Under the pieces are notes generated by a model, which was not told where the DNA came from, made no database searches, and saw nothing but the letters and a program-made list of their open reading frames with translations. 64,000 bases of DNA from Candidatus Pacearchaeota archaeon (lineage in GTDB: Archaea > Nanobdellota > Nanobdellia > Pacearchaeales > GW2011-AR1), in the NCBI GenBank assembly GCA_041656875.1, contig JBBACR010000002.1, positions 8,084 to 72,083 of the forward strand, written 5' to 3'. Numbering within the stretch: position 1 is the first letter of the stretch; every line of letters begins with the position of its first letter. A program made the translations under genes and the position numbers. Of the stretch, positions 55,733 to 64,000 are shown piece by piece.

Positions 55733-56656
55733 AAAATAAGCAAAAGTATTCATAAATGCAATAAATGGAAACATAAATGCCACGAAGTCTCTACTTTTAT
55801 TGTAGAGTTTGATAGAATAATAAAAATTAGGCAAAATTAATAAATTAAAAATAATTGTTTTAAAAAAGGTAATCTTCTCAAGATGAGTGTTTGGAAAATA
55901 ATTAAATGTTTTTTGCTTTTTGTCCTTAAAATAAACCTTGCCCCATCTAAACTTTTTTTTGATTAGTTTTAAAAAACTTTCTTCTGAATAATGGGTTGTT
56001 GAATCTATAACTATTAATAGCTTGTTTTTCCCCACTTTAACAAGGTCTTTTATAATTATTACATCTTGGCTGTATCCACCTATTTTTTTCAAATCATTTT
56101 TTTTATAAAAAAAACAATTTCCTCCTGTAAGCTGGGTATTATCAAGTTCAATATTTATCCCATCTAAATCATTATTTATAGAATAATCGTTTATATTCCT
56201 CAAAAAATCTATTGAACGATATGAAAAAAAAGAATCTGTTCCAATCAGTGAGATATATCTAGTAACTGGTTTTGATAAGGCCTCATGCTTGAGCCCACCA
56301 AGAATGCCCACTACATTTTTTTCTTGTTTAAATGTTTTAATAATTATGTTTAGTAAGTCTTTTCTTTGAAGTTCATTATCCTGGTCAATAAATCCAATAA
56401 TTTCTCCCCTGCATTTTTTAAATCCTAACCATTTTCCATTTCCTACTCCTTCTGGAAGGCGATTCTTATTATTTATAATCTTTATCCTTTTGTCTGAATA
56501 ATTTTTTATAATCTCAAGGGTCTTGTCTTTGCTTCCGCCATCAACACATAAAATTTCAAAGTTCTTACATTCTTGATTTAAAATAGAATCAATGCATCTT
56601 GAAATTATTTTCTCCCCATTATAGGTGCATATAACTATAGAAATTTTAGGGTTCAT
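55685..56656 (-). CDS. Family 2 glycosyltransferase
   Basis: ISIVICTYNGE...VDGGSKD...DQDN. Confidence 0.8.
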   Translation of the reverse strand: MNPKISIVICTYNGEKIISRCIDSILNQECKNFEILCVDGGSKDKTLEIIKNYSDKRIKIINNKNRLPEGVGNGKWLGFKKCRGEIIGFIDQDNELQRKDLLNIIIKTFKQEKNVVGILGGLKHEALSKPVTRYISLIGTDSFFSYRSIDFLRNINDYSINNDLDGINIELDNTQLTGGNCFFYKKNDLKKIGGYSQDVIIIKDLVKVGKNKLLIVIDSTTHYSEESFLKLIKKKFRWGKVYFKDKKQKTFNYFPNTHLEKITFFKTIIFNLLILPNFYYSIKLYNKSRDFVAFMFPFIAFMNTFAYFLSTARSIIISKPIKN

Positions 56657-57555
56657 TTTGTTTTATATTTTTCCATTAGACCTATGAGAAAACCGAGTCC
56701 ATAACTTAAATGTATTGTTAAAAAGATAAATGGCAGTATAAATACAGATTTGAATTCTTTATTTAGGATGCTTTCATAAACTGAAAAAACAAGGCTTAAT
56801 ATAACATAAATAAGTCCCGGGATTAAAAAATATTTACTAATCAGGCTCAGGGTTGGAAGAATTAAAAGATAAATTAAAAAAAGAGTAGGGCAAATAAAAT
56901 ATGGTCTTTTAATTGTCTCAAGAAAATTTTCTTTTTTAGGTCTGACTCTTCCATAATTAAATATTTGTTTAAATAATTCAGAAAAACTATTTCTACGAAG
57001 GTTGTATACAATTATCTCAGGAGTATAAGCAATTTTAAAACCCGCAGCTTTAGCATCACTAATAAATTTTGGATCTTCACCCGGATAAATATTTTCATCA
57101 AATTTAACTCTTTTAAAAACCTTTTTTCTGCAGATAAGGTTAGCTGAGGTAACTACGGTTTCATCTGCATTTAGGCTAAGTTTGCCTTGACTATATCTTT
57201 TACTCATAACAGAAGCCCCAAATAAAGAACTAAGTGCATATCCGCTAGATCTTGCAAAGAACTTTTCGTTTGAATAATTAAGTTGAGGTCCCCCAACAAT
57301 GTCTATTTCTGGGTGTTTTTTAAAGAACTTTTCAACTTGGATTAACCAGTCGAAATTAAGAACCGTATGTGCATTTGTAAATGCAACAAGTTCAGTTTTT
57401 GCTTTTTTTATTCCATTGTTTCTGTTTCTTGAAGTATTGTTTCCAGTCTCAATAATAATTTCAAAATCAGATTTATTAATGGTTTCAAGAACACTTAATT
57501 TTGCCCCTTGTTTTGCAGGGATTACTAGTGTTATTTTTTTCTTTGGTTTAATCAT
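56653..57555 (-). CDS. Family 2 glycosyltransferase with C-terminal TM segments
   Basis: LVIPAKQG...GEDPKF, plus two or three C-terminal TM helices. Confidence 0.7.
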   Translation of the reverse strand: MIKPKKKITLVIPAKQGAKLSVLETINKSDFEIIIETGNNTSRNRNNGIKKAKTELVAFTNAHTVLNFDWLIQVEKFFKKHPEIDIVGGPQLNYSNEKFFARSSGYALSSLFGASVMSKRYSQGKLSLNADETVVTSANLICRKKVFKRVKFDENIYPGEDPKFISDAKAAGFKIAYTPEIIVYNLRRNSFSELFKQIFNYGRVRPKKENFLETIKRPYFICPTLFLIYLLILPTLSLISKYFLIPGLIYVILSLVFSVYESILNKEFKSVFILPFIFLTIHLSYGLGFLIGLMEKYKTK

Positions 57556-58064
57556 TTTATTACCTCTAGTTCAAAAACTACTTCTGCACAAGGAAGGACC
57601 CAGCAGAAAAATCTTTCATAGATTAGCGGATTTAAATTAATTATTGGATTAAGTAAAGGGTTTAAAAAAGTAAATGCAAGTCTGGTAAAATTTAATCTTT
57701 TTTTTACTATTTTAAACTTGGTAAGTCCATATGCTCCTTCTTCAAAATAATCAAATGTAAAATAACTAAAAAGCCTTCTGTGGGTTGGGTCTCTATAAGA
57801 CACTCCGCATGAAAAATGAGGCACACGAATGATTATCTTTCCATTTGTCTTGCATATCCTTTTTAATTCATTCATGGTTTTAGGCAAGTCTATTACATGT
57901 TCAAGTACATGAGAACAGTATATTTCATCAAAAGTATTATTTTTAAATGGTAAACGTGGTTTATTTATATCAAAAACAACATCTACGCCGTTAAGTTTAA
58001 CAGAATCTAAATTAACATAACCTTCTTTTATGTCTTTTCCACATCCTAGATTTAATTTTTTCAT
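57552..58064 (-). CDS. Class I SAM-dependent methyltransferase (paralog of 49968..50495)
   Basis: LNLGCGKDIKEGYVNLD...SHVLEHV. Confidence 0.75.
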   Translation of the reverse strand: MKKLNLGCGKDIKEGYVNLDSVKLNGVDVVFDINKPRLPFKNNTFDEIYCSHVLEHVIDLPKTMNELKRICKTNGKIIIRVPHFSCGVSYRDPTHRRLFSYFTFDYFEEGAYGLTKFKIVKKRLNFTRLAFTFLNPLLNPIINLNPLIYERFFCWVLPCAEVVFELEVIK

Positions 58065-58068
58065 ATGG

Positions 58069-58848
58069 TTATATCAGATGATGTATTTTTATAGATTCAG
58101 GCATTTTATTATAGATCCTTATAAATCCTTTAAACGGAGAATTTATCAGTCTTAATCTAACTACTGATGCAAACATTTTTATTGGAACACTTTTAAGGTT
58201 AATTTTTGAACCTTGTTGATCTTCCCAAACAGTAGGTATTTCTTTAATTTTTAATCTTTTTTTATTAAGTCTGTATAACAAATCAACATCAAATCCCCAT
58301 TGAGTTATTCCCAGTTCATTAACTACTTTATCTATTGCTTCTCTTTTGAATATTTTAGCCCCGCATTGAGTATCCGAATAAGGTAAAAAAAGCAAGCTTC
58401 TAACTACAAAATTAAATCCCTTATGGGTTATTTTTCTTTTTAGACTAGTCTTAACAATGGACTTTTTATGTCCCCTACTTGCAATTGCTCCATCATGTTT
58501 TCCTAAATATTTTATCAGCCAATAAAAATGTTCAGGAGCCGTAGCCATATCAGCATCTACAAATCCAATCAAATCATTATTCCTTTTTAATGAATCACGA
58601 AATCCTTCAATTATTGCAAATCCTTTTCCACCTTCTTTAAATCTAATGCACCTTATCTCACTATTCTCTTTAGAGTGGACTTTTACAATATCTTCTGTTT
58701 TATCCTGAGTATTATTTATAACTACTAAAATTTCAAAGTCAATATTTTCTTGTTCTTTTAGATTTTTAAAAAATTTAGAATAAGCAAAAAGGGTTCTGCC
58801 TATTCTTTCTTCTTCATTATGTGCCGGAATTATTATGCTAATCTTCAT
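58069..58848 (-). CDS. Dolichyl-phosphate hexosyltransferase-like GT2
   Basis: ISIIIPAHNEEERIG...FVDADMA...CGAKIF resembles Dpm1/AglD-type enzymes. Confidence 0.75.
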   Translation of the reverse strand: MKISIIIPAHNEEERIGRTLFAYSKFFKNLKEQENIDFEILVVINNTQDKTEDIVKVHSKENSEIRCIRFKEGGKGFAIIEGFRDSLKRNNDLIGFVDADMATAPEHFYWLIKYLGKHDGAIASRGHKKSIVKTSLKRKITHKGFNFVVRSLLFLPYSDTQCGAKIFKREAIDKVVNELGITQWGFDVDLLYRLNKKRLKIKEIPTVWEDQQGSKINLKSVPIKMFASVVRLRLINSPFKGFIRIYNKMPESIKIHHLI

Positions 58849-58904
58849 TATATTGAGTTATTTGTAGATGAATATAAATTTAAGTGTACTGTAGAATCCG
58901 TTAA

Positions 58905-59924
58905 TTATATGCCAAATAAATCTACTCTAAATATTACTAATGCAATTAAACAGAGTATTATTTGAAATGCAAATATAAGGTAGACTACATCTTTTTCATA
59001 AACCTTTTTCTTGAATTTTTTGAGTATAAATAAAGACAAATGCGTAAGGCCGTAGATTTTAGTGTAAGGAAGCTCTAAACTTCCGTCTTTTTGAGGAATC
59101 AAAAAAGATTGCTTTTTTAAACCCCCTCTTGATTTAAGCACTGTTTCTAAAATATAGGGGATAAAGACAAATACTGCAATTTTTTCAAAATTTCCAAGAA
59201 TAGCCATGCAGGCGATTAATGCCCCTATTGAATAAGTTAGTATATCTCCTGGAAAAACACTTGCAGGGTATTTATTATAGTAATAAAAAACTAAAAGGCT
59301 CATAACCATACAAAGTCCAATTAATGAAATCCAGGATGAGCCAGTTATATAGGCTATAAATGATAAAAAACTAATTATAATTATTCCTTGACCTGATTCA
59401 AGTCCATTAAGTCCTGCAAGCATATTATAGGTTGTTGTTGCTCCTGTAATTCCTATTGGAATAAGAATTAATGGATAAATTATACCTAGTTCAATTAATC
59501 CAAAAAAAGGGAGCATTATTTCATGAACCCCTGCATTTATTACAATTAAAGGTATTGAAGCTGCAAGTGCCAAAAAAATTCTAAATCTTGCAGAAAGTCC
59601 ACCATGCTTCCAACCCAATAAGTCATCGGTTAAACCTACTATTGCAAGTATTAAAATAACTGATAATAATCCAAATATTTGTAAACTAACTCCACTAACA
59701 TCTTTGAAAATAAACTGTCTTATTGCAATATAAGATAATACCCCTAGGACAAATGCCATAATAACTACAATTCCTCCTGAAGAAGCAACATCCTTGGGTC
59801 TGTTGAATTTATTCATATCTTCCCATAATAATCCAACCTCTTTGCATTTTTTATTCCATTTAGGCAAAAATATCAAACATACAATTAAGCTTACTAATAA
59901 TGATATAAATAACAATATTTCCAT
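58905..59924 (-). CDS. UDP-HexNAc:dolichyl-phosphate HexNAc-1-phosphate transferase (MraY/WecA/AglH family)
   Basis: About 10 TM segments, TDDLLGW, a NMLAGLNGLE motif, and FPGD. Confidence 0.8.
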   Translation of the reverse strand: MEILLFISLLVSLIVCLIFLPKWNKKCKEVGLLWEDMNKFNRPKDVASSGGIVVIMAFVLGVLSYIAIRQFIFKDVSGVSLQIFGLLSVILILAIVGLTDDLLGWKHGGLSARFRIFLALAASIPLIVINAGVHEIMLPFFGLIELGIIYPLILIPIGITGATTTYNMLAGLNGLESGQGIIIISFLSFIAYITGSSWISLIGLCMVMSLLVFYYYNKYPASVFPGDILTYSIGALIACMAILGNFEKIAVFVFIPYILETVLKSRGGLKKQSFLIPQKDGSLELPYTKIYGLTHLSLFILKKFKKKVYEKDVVYLIFAFQIILCLIALVIFRVDLFGI

Positions 59925-59969
59925 GATTTTACTTAGAATTTTGGGCTTTTTAAAACTTATACTTATAGA

Positions 59970-62714
59970 TTATAACTGCCAATCTAGATATAAAGTAGCA
60001 TCTTTATCCTGATATTCTTGCTTTATCTTTTCATTTCCAGTGTATTCAACAGACCATATTTTTATTGGTCCCTGTATTCCTTGGAAATAAACAAATTCAG
60101 GGAGATTCATACCTTGACTGTTAAGGCTTGAGATTATCAAATTAGGTTCAGAATGAACTATTTTAAAATTAGGGAATTTCTTAAAAGGGTCATTTAATAG
60201 ATATTTTTGAGCAAAAAATCCTCTCATAAGTCTTGGAGAAATAAAAATAGAGGCTCCAATAGGATCTGCGCCAACTCTTTGTCCATCTTGAGTAACTTTT
60301 GTCATTATATATGCACAACCTTCAATTCCTGAATTAAAGTCAATAAACTTTTTATCAACAGATAGATATCTGAGGTTTTGCTTATATTGTTTTCCTTGAT
60401 AAACCATTACAACATAGGGTTGTCCAAATTGAGTTTGATTTGACGTTTTCATGTATGGAAGAACTATTGCCCCAACTCCTGCAGCTTGTCCTGGGAGTAA
60501 TATTTCTTTTCCACTATCATTAATTATTAAATCTTCATCTAGGGCAATTCCTCCAGTATAAACTAGCAGGGTCTCATTGCTTGTTTCTTGAGTCTGACTT
60601 TCATCCAGTAAGAAAGTTCCAAACCAAGAATATCTATCATAATTCTTATCACTTCCAATACTTGAAAATGCACCATACTTACCAATATCGCTTGAATCAA
60701 TCAGTAAATGTGTTGTATTATGATTATATAAAAATTCAAGTGAATCTTTTTGATTATCCCCTGTAAGAACAAGTCTACCCATCAAATAATTCCAATAAGT
60801 TATTGAATTTCCTCCATCAAGAACTGTGGCTCTGTTTCCAATACTTTGGACCCAATATCCATAATCCCACCAATGTGCAAAAACTGCATCTGACGAAGTA
60901 TTAGTATCCACCCATTTCATTGCCTCTTGCCATTGTTGATTATAATAAGAAGGAACATAATTGTAAGATTCGGTTTTTATCGAATTGTAAAAACTGTAAA
61001 AACTAAACATACTAAGTATTAAAATTAAAAGTACAGCTGCCCCTAGCACTACTTTCCAAGTTTCATCCTTGGTTTTTCTAAATCCCTCAAAAGAATATAT
61101 TATTAAGAATCCTACAAATATTGGGATGATAGGTCCAAGAACCATAATAAGTCTAACTGCACTTCTAGCTGTAAATAAACATAATATAAACAAGACAAGT
61201 AAGAATAAATATTCAAAGTCTATTTTTTCAAATGCCTTATCTTGCACTTTATCATATTTTATATAATAATAAACTAGTGAACCAATAAATATAAGCGCAG
61301 ATGCATAATAAAACAGTTTACTAATAAAATTTTCTCCATTAAATATTGTTGAATCAGAATATCTTGAAAAAACGAGTCCAGCAAAAAGTAAGACATAAGT
61401 TAAAACTAAAATCCAAGCATCTTTTTCTTTCAAATGATTTAATGCTTTTTTAAATAATAATATTGAACCTATGACACCTAACCAGAACAAGATAGGTATA
61501 TTTTTAAGACTAGGTCCAAAACTTCCGACCCACTCTATAAAATGTGGCTGGTTATTTTCAGCAACAGTGGTGCTCCATCTTCCAGTAATTGGCCTAAACA
61601 TTATTTGATTAAGTGCAGTTAATTTTTCAATAATGACGCTAGGTCCCATTGCAATTGAAACCAAGATAACTCCTAGTATAACTGAAATTATAATTGAAAT
61701 AAGATTTGATGGGAGTTTTACTTTTTTCATAAAATCTTTTTTATATAATGAGAATTTTTCAGCGATTAAATGGACAAATAATACAAAAAATACTAAGAAT
61801 GCAAGCCCACTATCTAGAGAAGTTAAAAATCCTTTTATTGAAAATCTGTTTGTAAACACAAGTGTAACAATCAAAGACACAAATAACCATGAAGAGTAAA
61901 CTGCAAATTCCTTTGTCTTTACTTTATTTATTATAAATGCTCCAAGGCTTGCAACAGCAACAGTAACATAAATATATTCAACTCCTCCCCAGGTAAGTCC
62001 CATTAAAGCAGTTGAAATTCCTGCAAGTACTCCAAATGTTATTGCAAGATAATTCTTTTCAAATTTCCAGGCTTTTAGAAATAAGTAAAATGCTAAAAAC
62101 ATAAAAAAGAAACCAACTGATTCTTTTTCAGGAATTCCTGCAACAGTTCTAGATAAAAATACAGGTATTACAATCATAAATGCAGTTGAGATAAGTGCAA
62201 TTAAATTTGCACTTAGCTTTTTCTCTTCTTTTCTGATAAAAACTTCTCTCACAAATAAGAAAAATGAAATTATAGTGAGTCCAAAAAATATCACTGGCAT
62301 GAGTGCTGCGGCAAATTCAATAGGATATGAGCCAAACATATTAACGATATTATAAGTAAAAACAATAAAATAAGAAACCATTTGAAGTTCAGTTGTTGTA
62401 TCAAACCCAAGTGGGACATTTCTAAAAATATCCTGTTTTGGTAAACTTCCATTATTTTCAACTATAGTTTTTGCATATCTTGTAAATAACCATGGGTCCA
62501 AATCAGGCCCAAGTGTCCAGTTGTTAGTAGCAACATTCCAAAGTCCAGGTTGATTTCCAGCAACTCCGGAATTATGATCCTGCATAGGAAGGCTTCTTAT
62601 ATAGACTCCAACTCCCACGAGTACAATTAATAATAAAATAACCCAAATTTGACTTGTCTTAAAAAATCTAACTACATTTTTCTTTCTCTCTTCAATTAAT
62701 TTTTCCTCATTCAT
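59970..62714 (-). CDS. aglB: Oligosaccharyltransferase AglB/STT3
   Basis: 914 aa with 13-ish N-terminal TM segments. The diagnostic WWDYGYW motif (AHWWDYGYWVQ) is present. Confidence 0.95.
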   Translation of the reverse strand: MNEEKLIEERKKNVVRFFKTSQIWVILLLIVLVGVGVYIRSLPMQDHNSGVAGNQPGLWNVATNNWTLGPDLDPWLFTRYAKTIVENNGSLPKQDIFRNVPLGFDTTTELQMVSYFIVFTYNIVNMFGSYPIEFAAALMPVIFFGLTIISFFLFVREVFIRKEEKKLSANLIALISTAFMIVIPVFLSRTVAGIPEKESVGFFFMFLAFYLFLKAWKFEKNYLAITFGVLAGISTALMGLTWGGVEYIYVTVAVASLGAFIINKVKTKEFAVYSSWLFVSLIVTLVFTNRFSIKGFLTSLDSGLAFLVFFVLFVHLIAEKFSLYKKDFMKKVKLPSNLISIIISVILGVILVSIAMGPSVIIEKLTALNQIMFRPITGRWSTTVAENNQPHFIEWVGSFGPSLKNIPILFWLGVIGSILLFKKALNHLKEKDAWILVLTYVLLFAGLVFSRYSDSTIFNGENFISKLFYYASALIFIGSLVYYYIKYDKVQDKAFEKIDFEYLFLLVLFILCLFTARSAVRLIMVLGPIIPIFVGFLIIYSFEGFRKTKDETWKVVLGAAVLLILILSMFSFYSFYNSIKTESYNYVPSYYNQQWQEAMKWVDTNTSSDAVFAHWWDYGYWVQSIGNRATVLDGGNSITYWNYLMGRLVLTGDNQKDSLEFLYNHNTTHLLIDSSDIGKYGAFSSIGSDKNYDRYSWFGTFLLDESQTQETSNETLLVYTGGIALDEDLIINDSGKEILLPGQAAGVGAIVLPYMKTSNQTQFGQPYVVMVYQGKQYKQNLRYLSVDKKFIDFNSGIEGCAYIMTKVTQDGQRVGADPIGASIFISPRLMRGFFAQKYLLNDPFKKFPNFKIVHSEPNLIISSLNSQGMNLPEFVYFQGIQGPIKIWSVEYTGNEKIKQEYQDKDATLYLDWQL

Positions 62715-62793
62715 AATAAACCTTTTAATTAATCTTATTTAAACTTAACGAATTTACTTGCTTTAAAGCTTTTTTAAAAAATTAATAATCTTT

Positions 62794-62940
62794 TTATTCT
62801 TCCAGAATATCATTTACTTCATCTAAAAGCTCTACTGCAGACCTTTCTTTTTCCAGAGTTTTTCTTCCACAATATGGACAATCAATCGGATTTTGCATAT
62901 CACATCTAAATCCACAATGGGAACAAATACATTTTGCCAT
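62794..62940 (-). CDS. Zinc-ribbon mini-protein (below the track cutoff)
   Basis: My translation: MAKCICSHCGFRCDMQNPIDCPYCGRKTLEKERSAVELLDEVNDILEE (48 aa). Confidence 0.45.
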   Translation of the reverse strand: MAKCICSHCGFRCDMQNPIDCPYCGRKTLEKERSAVELLDEVNDILEE

Positions 62941-63027
62941 GATTTCACCTTATTTTATCTTAATCTATCTACTTTTTAAATTTAACCTTCTTTTTCTCAG
63001 AGATTCTAGTGTGCAAATTAATTTTGT

Positions 63028-63888
63028 TTAGAACAGTGCAGGAGTTATAAATACCTCAATTAGTGCAGCAACAAACAATAGGACTACTGCAAATATAATC
63101 AAATTTAATGAATCTTGGAGAACTGTCCAAAACTTTTCAGAGTTTGAATCATGTTTGATTATAGCAATACTAATAATTCCCCCTGCAAGTGCTGCAGCAA
63201 AATAGCTTCCTATTTCAGGTATTCCATGAATCATATATCTTGCAAGTCCTACTGGCAGGTTAGCTAGACTAGATTTTGAGAATATCCCTATTGCCGCAGC
63301 TATAACTGTGGCATTCCATGCAAGTATAAATATTGCTCCTGCCCCAAAAATAAGCGAGAATACTAGCGTAAAGATTAAAACAAAAATATTATTTGCAAAA
63401 ATATTAACTATTCTGTCTTTTGAAGTTAAAAATCCAGTTGTTTTTGCAGCAGTTCCAAGTCCGTATTCAGAAGTACATTCTTGAAAATGAGAAGGTTGAT
63501 TTATCATACAATAAGTCTCTATTTGTGCACTAAAATTCAAGTTTCCATTTTCAAAAACAATATACCAAAATGAAAACGCAACTACAAATCCCATAAACAA
63601 AAACATAAAATAAAGTATTGCTTTTCCATGTTCTTTCATAAGTCTTAAAAAGCCCTCTATTTTCAAATCTTTTTCTTCTTCATTTTTAATTGCATAATAC
63701 ATAAACGGTATTGAAAACATTACACAAAAAGTTACAACGAGTATTCCTGAATATTTTGAAAGAACAGGGTCTCCTGAAAATATCCATTGGACTAGTATTA
63801 ATGATAATGCAGCATAAAACATTCCAATAAAAAACATTTCCCAAGGTCGTCTCTCTGCTTTTTTTGGATTAATTAAAAGTTCTAACAT
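63028..63888 (-). CDS. Integral membrane protein, SpoIIM/DUF95-like
   Basis: 286 aa and 6-7 TM segments. HGIPEIGSYFAAALAGG is typical of this family. Confidence 0.5.
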   Translation of the reverse strand: MLELLINPKKAERRPWEMFFIGMFYAALSLILVQWIFSGDPVLSKYSGILVVTFCVMFSIPFMYYAIKNEEEKDLKIEGFLRLMKEHGKAILYFMFLFMGFVVAFSFWYIVFENGNLNFSAQIETYCMINQPSHFQECTSEYGLGTAAKTTGFLTSKDRIVNIFANNIFVLIFTLVFSLIFGAGAIFILAWNATVIAAAIGIFSKSSLANLPVGLARYMIHGIPEIGSYFAAALAGGIISIAIIKHDSNSEKFWTVLQDSLNLIIFAVVLLFVAALIEVFITPALF

Positions 63889-64000
63889 ATCTTCTCCTTT
63901 TTTATACAGTTATTATGAATTTTAAGGTATTTAAATATTTAAGGGGTTTGTTTCACATATAGTTTAAATTTAAAATTCTGATTTAATTTTTTTAATAAAA

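Overview
Low-GC archaeal chromosome segment. Gene content and style suggest a small-genome, DPANN-like archaeon: TATA boxes sit about 26 nt upstream of start codons (leaderless style), RpoD has no cysteines, and an AglB glycosylation cluster is present.

Layout:
- 1-9.2 kb: replication and repair core. It holds PolD-DP1 (partial), Orc1/Cdc6, a predicted oriC with inverted ORB boxes around an (AT)n unwinding element, and an Lhr helicase + metallophosphoesterase operon.
- 9.2-17.7 kb: an atypical, gene-poor, repeat-dense island that looks GC-richer by eye. It contains two convergent coiled-coil/winged-helix paralogs, extra ORB-type origin boxes (two perfect copies inside one gene's linker), several iteron-like motif families, a 65-nt repeat family, tandem Cys-rich mini-proteins, a duplicated CxxC-x17-CxxC protein and a Xer-type tyrosine recombinase. 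I consider this the best candidate for something undescribed: a cryptic Orc1-dependent integrated replicon or accessory origin.
- 18-19.5 kb: desulfoferrodoxin and an SDR oxidoreductase.
- 20-26.8 kb: an accessory, defence-like island. It holds an unknown protein + Cas4-like Fe-S nuclease + XPD/DinG-like Fe-S helicase, a RelE-like TA pair, RadC, and a Dam methylase with an unknown convergent partner.
- 26.9-31.8 kb: ribosomal protein / RNA polymerase subunit cluster with a tRNA-Leu.
- 32.9-38 kb: MacB-type ABC transporter with two surface-protein paralogs.
- 38-40.7 kb: Dus, Rpp21, RpoN, a 5S rRNA abutting rpoN, and three tRNAs. Two of these tRNAs carry downstream copies of their own 3' ends.
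- 40.7-43.2 kb: SecF/SecD.
- 43.2-62.7 kb: a 20-kb dTDP-sugar and N-glycosylation cluster ending in AglB.

No CRISPR array, 16S/23S rRNA or transposase was seen. All calls come from reading the sequence and ORF translations by eye; no database search was possible.
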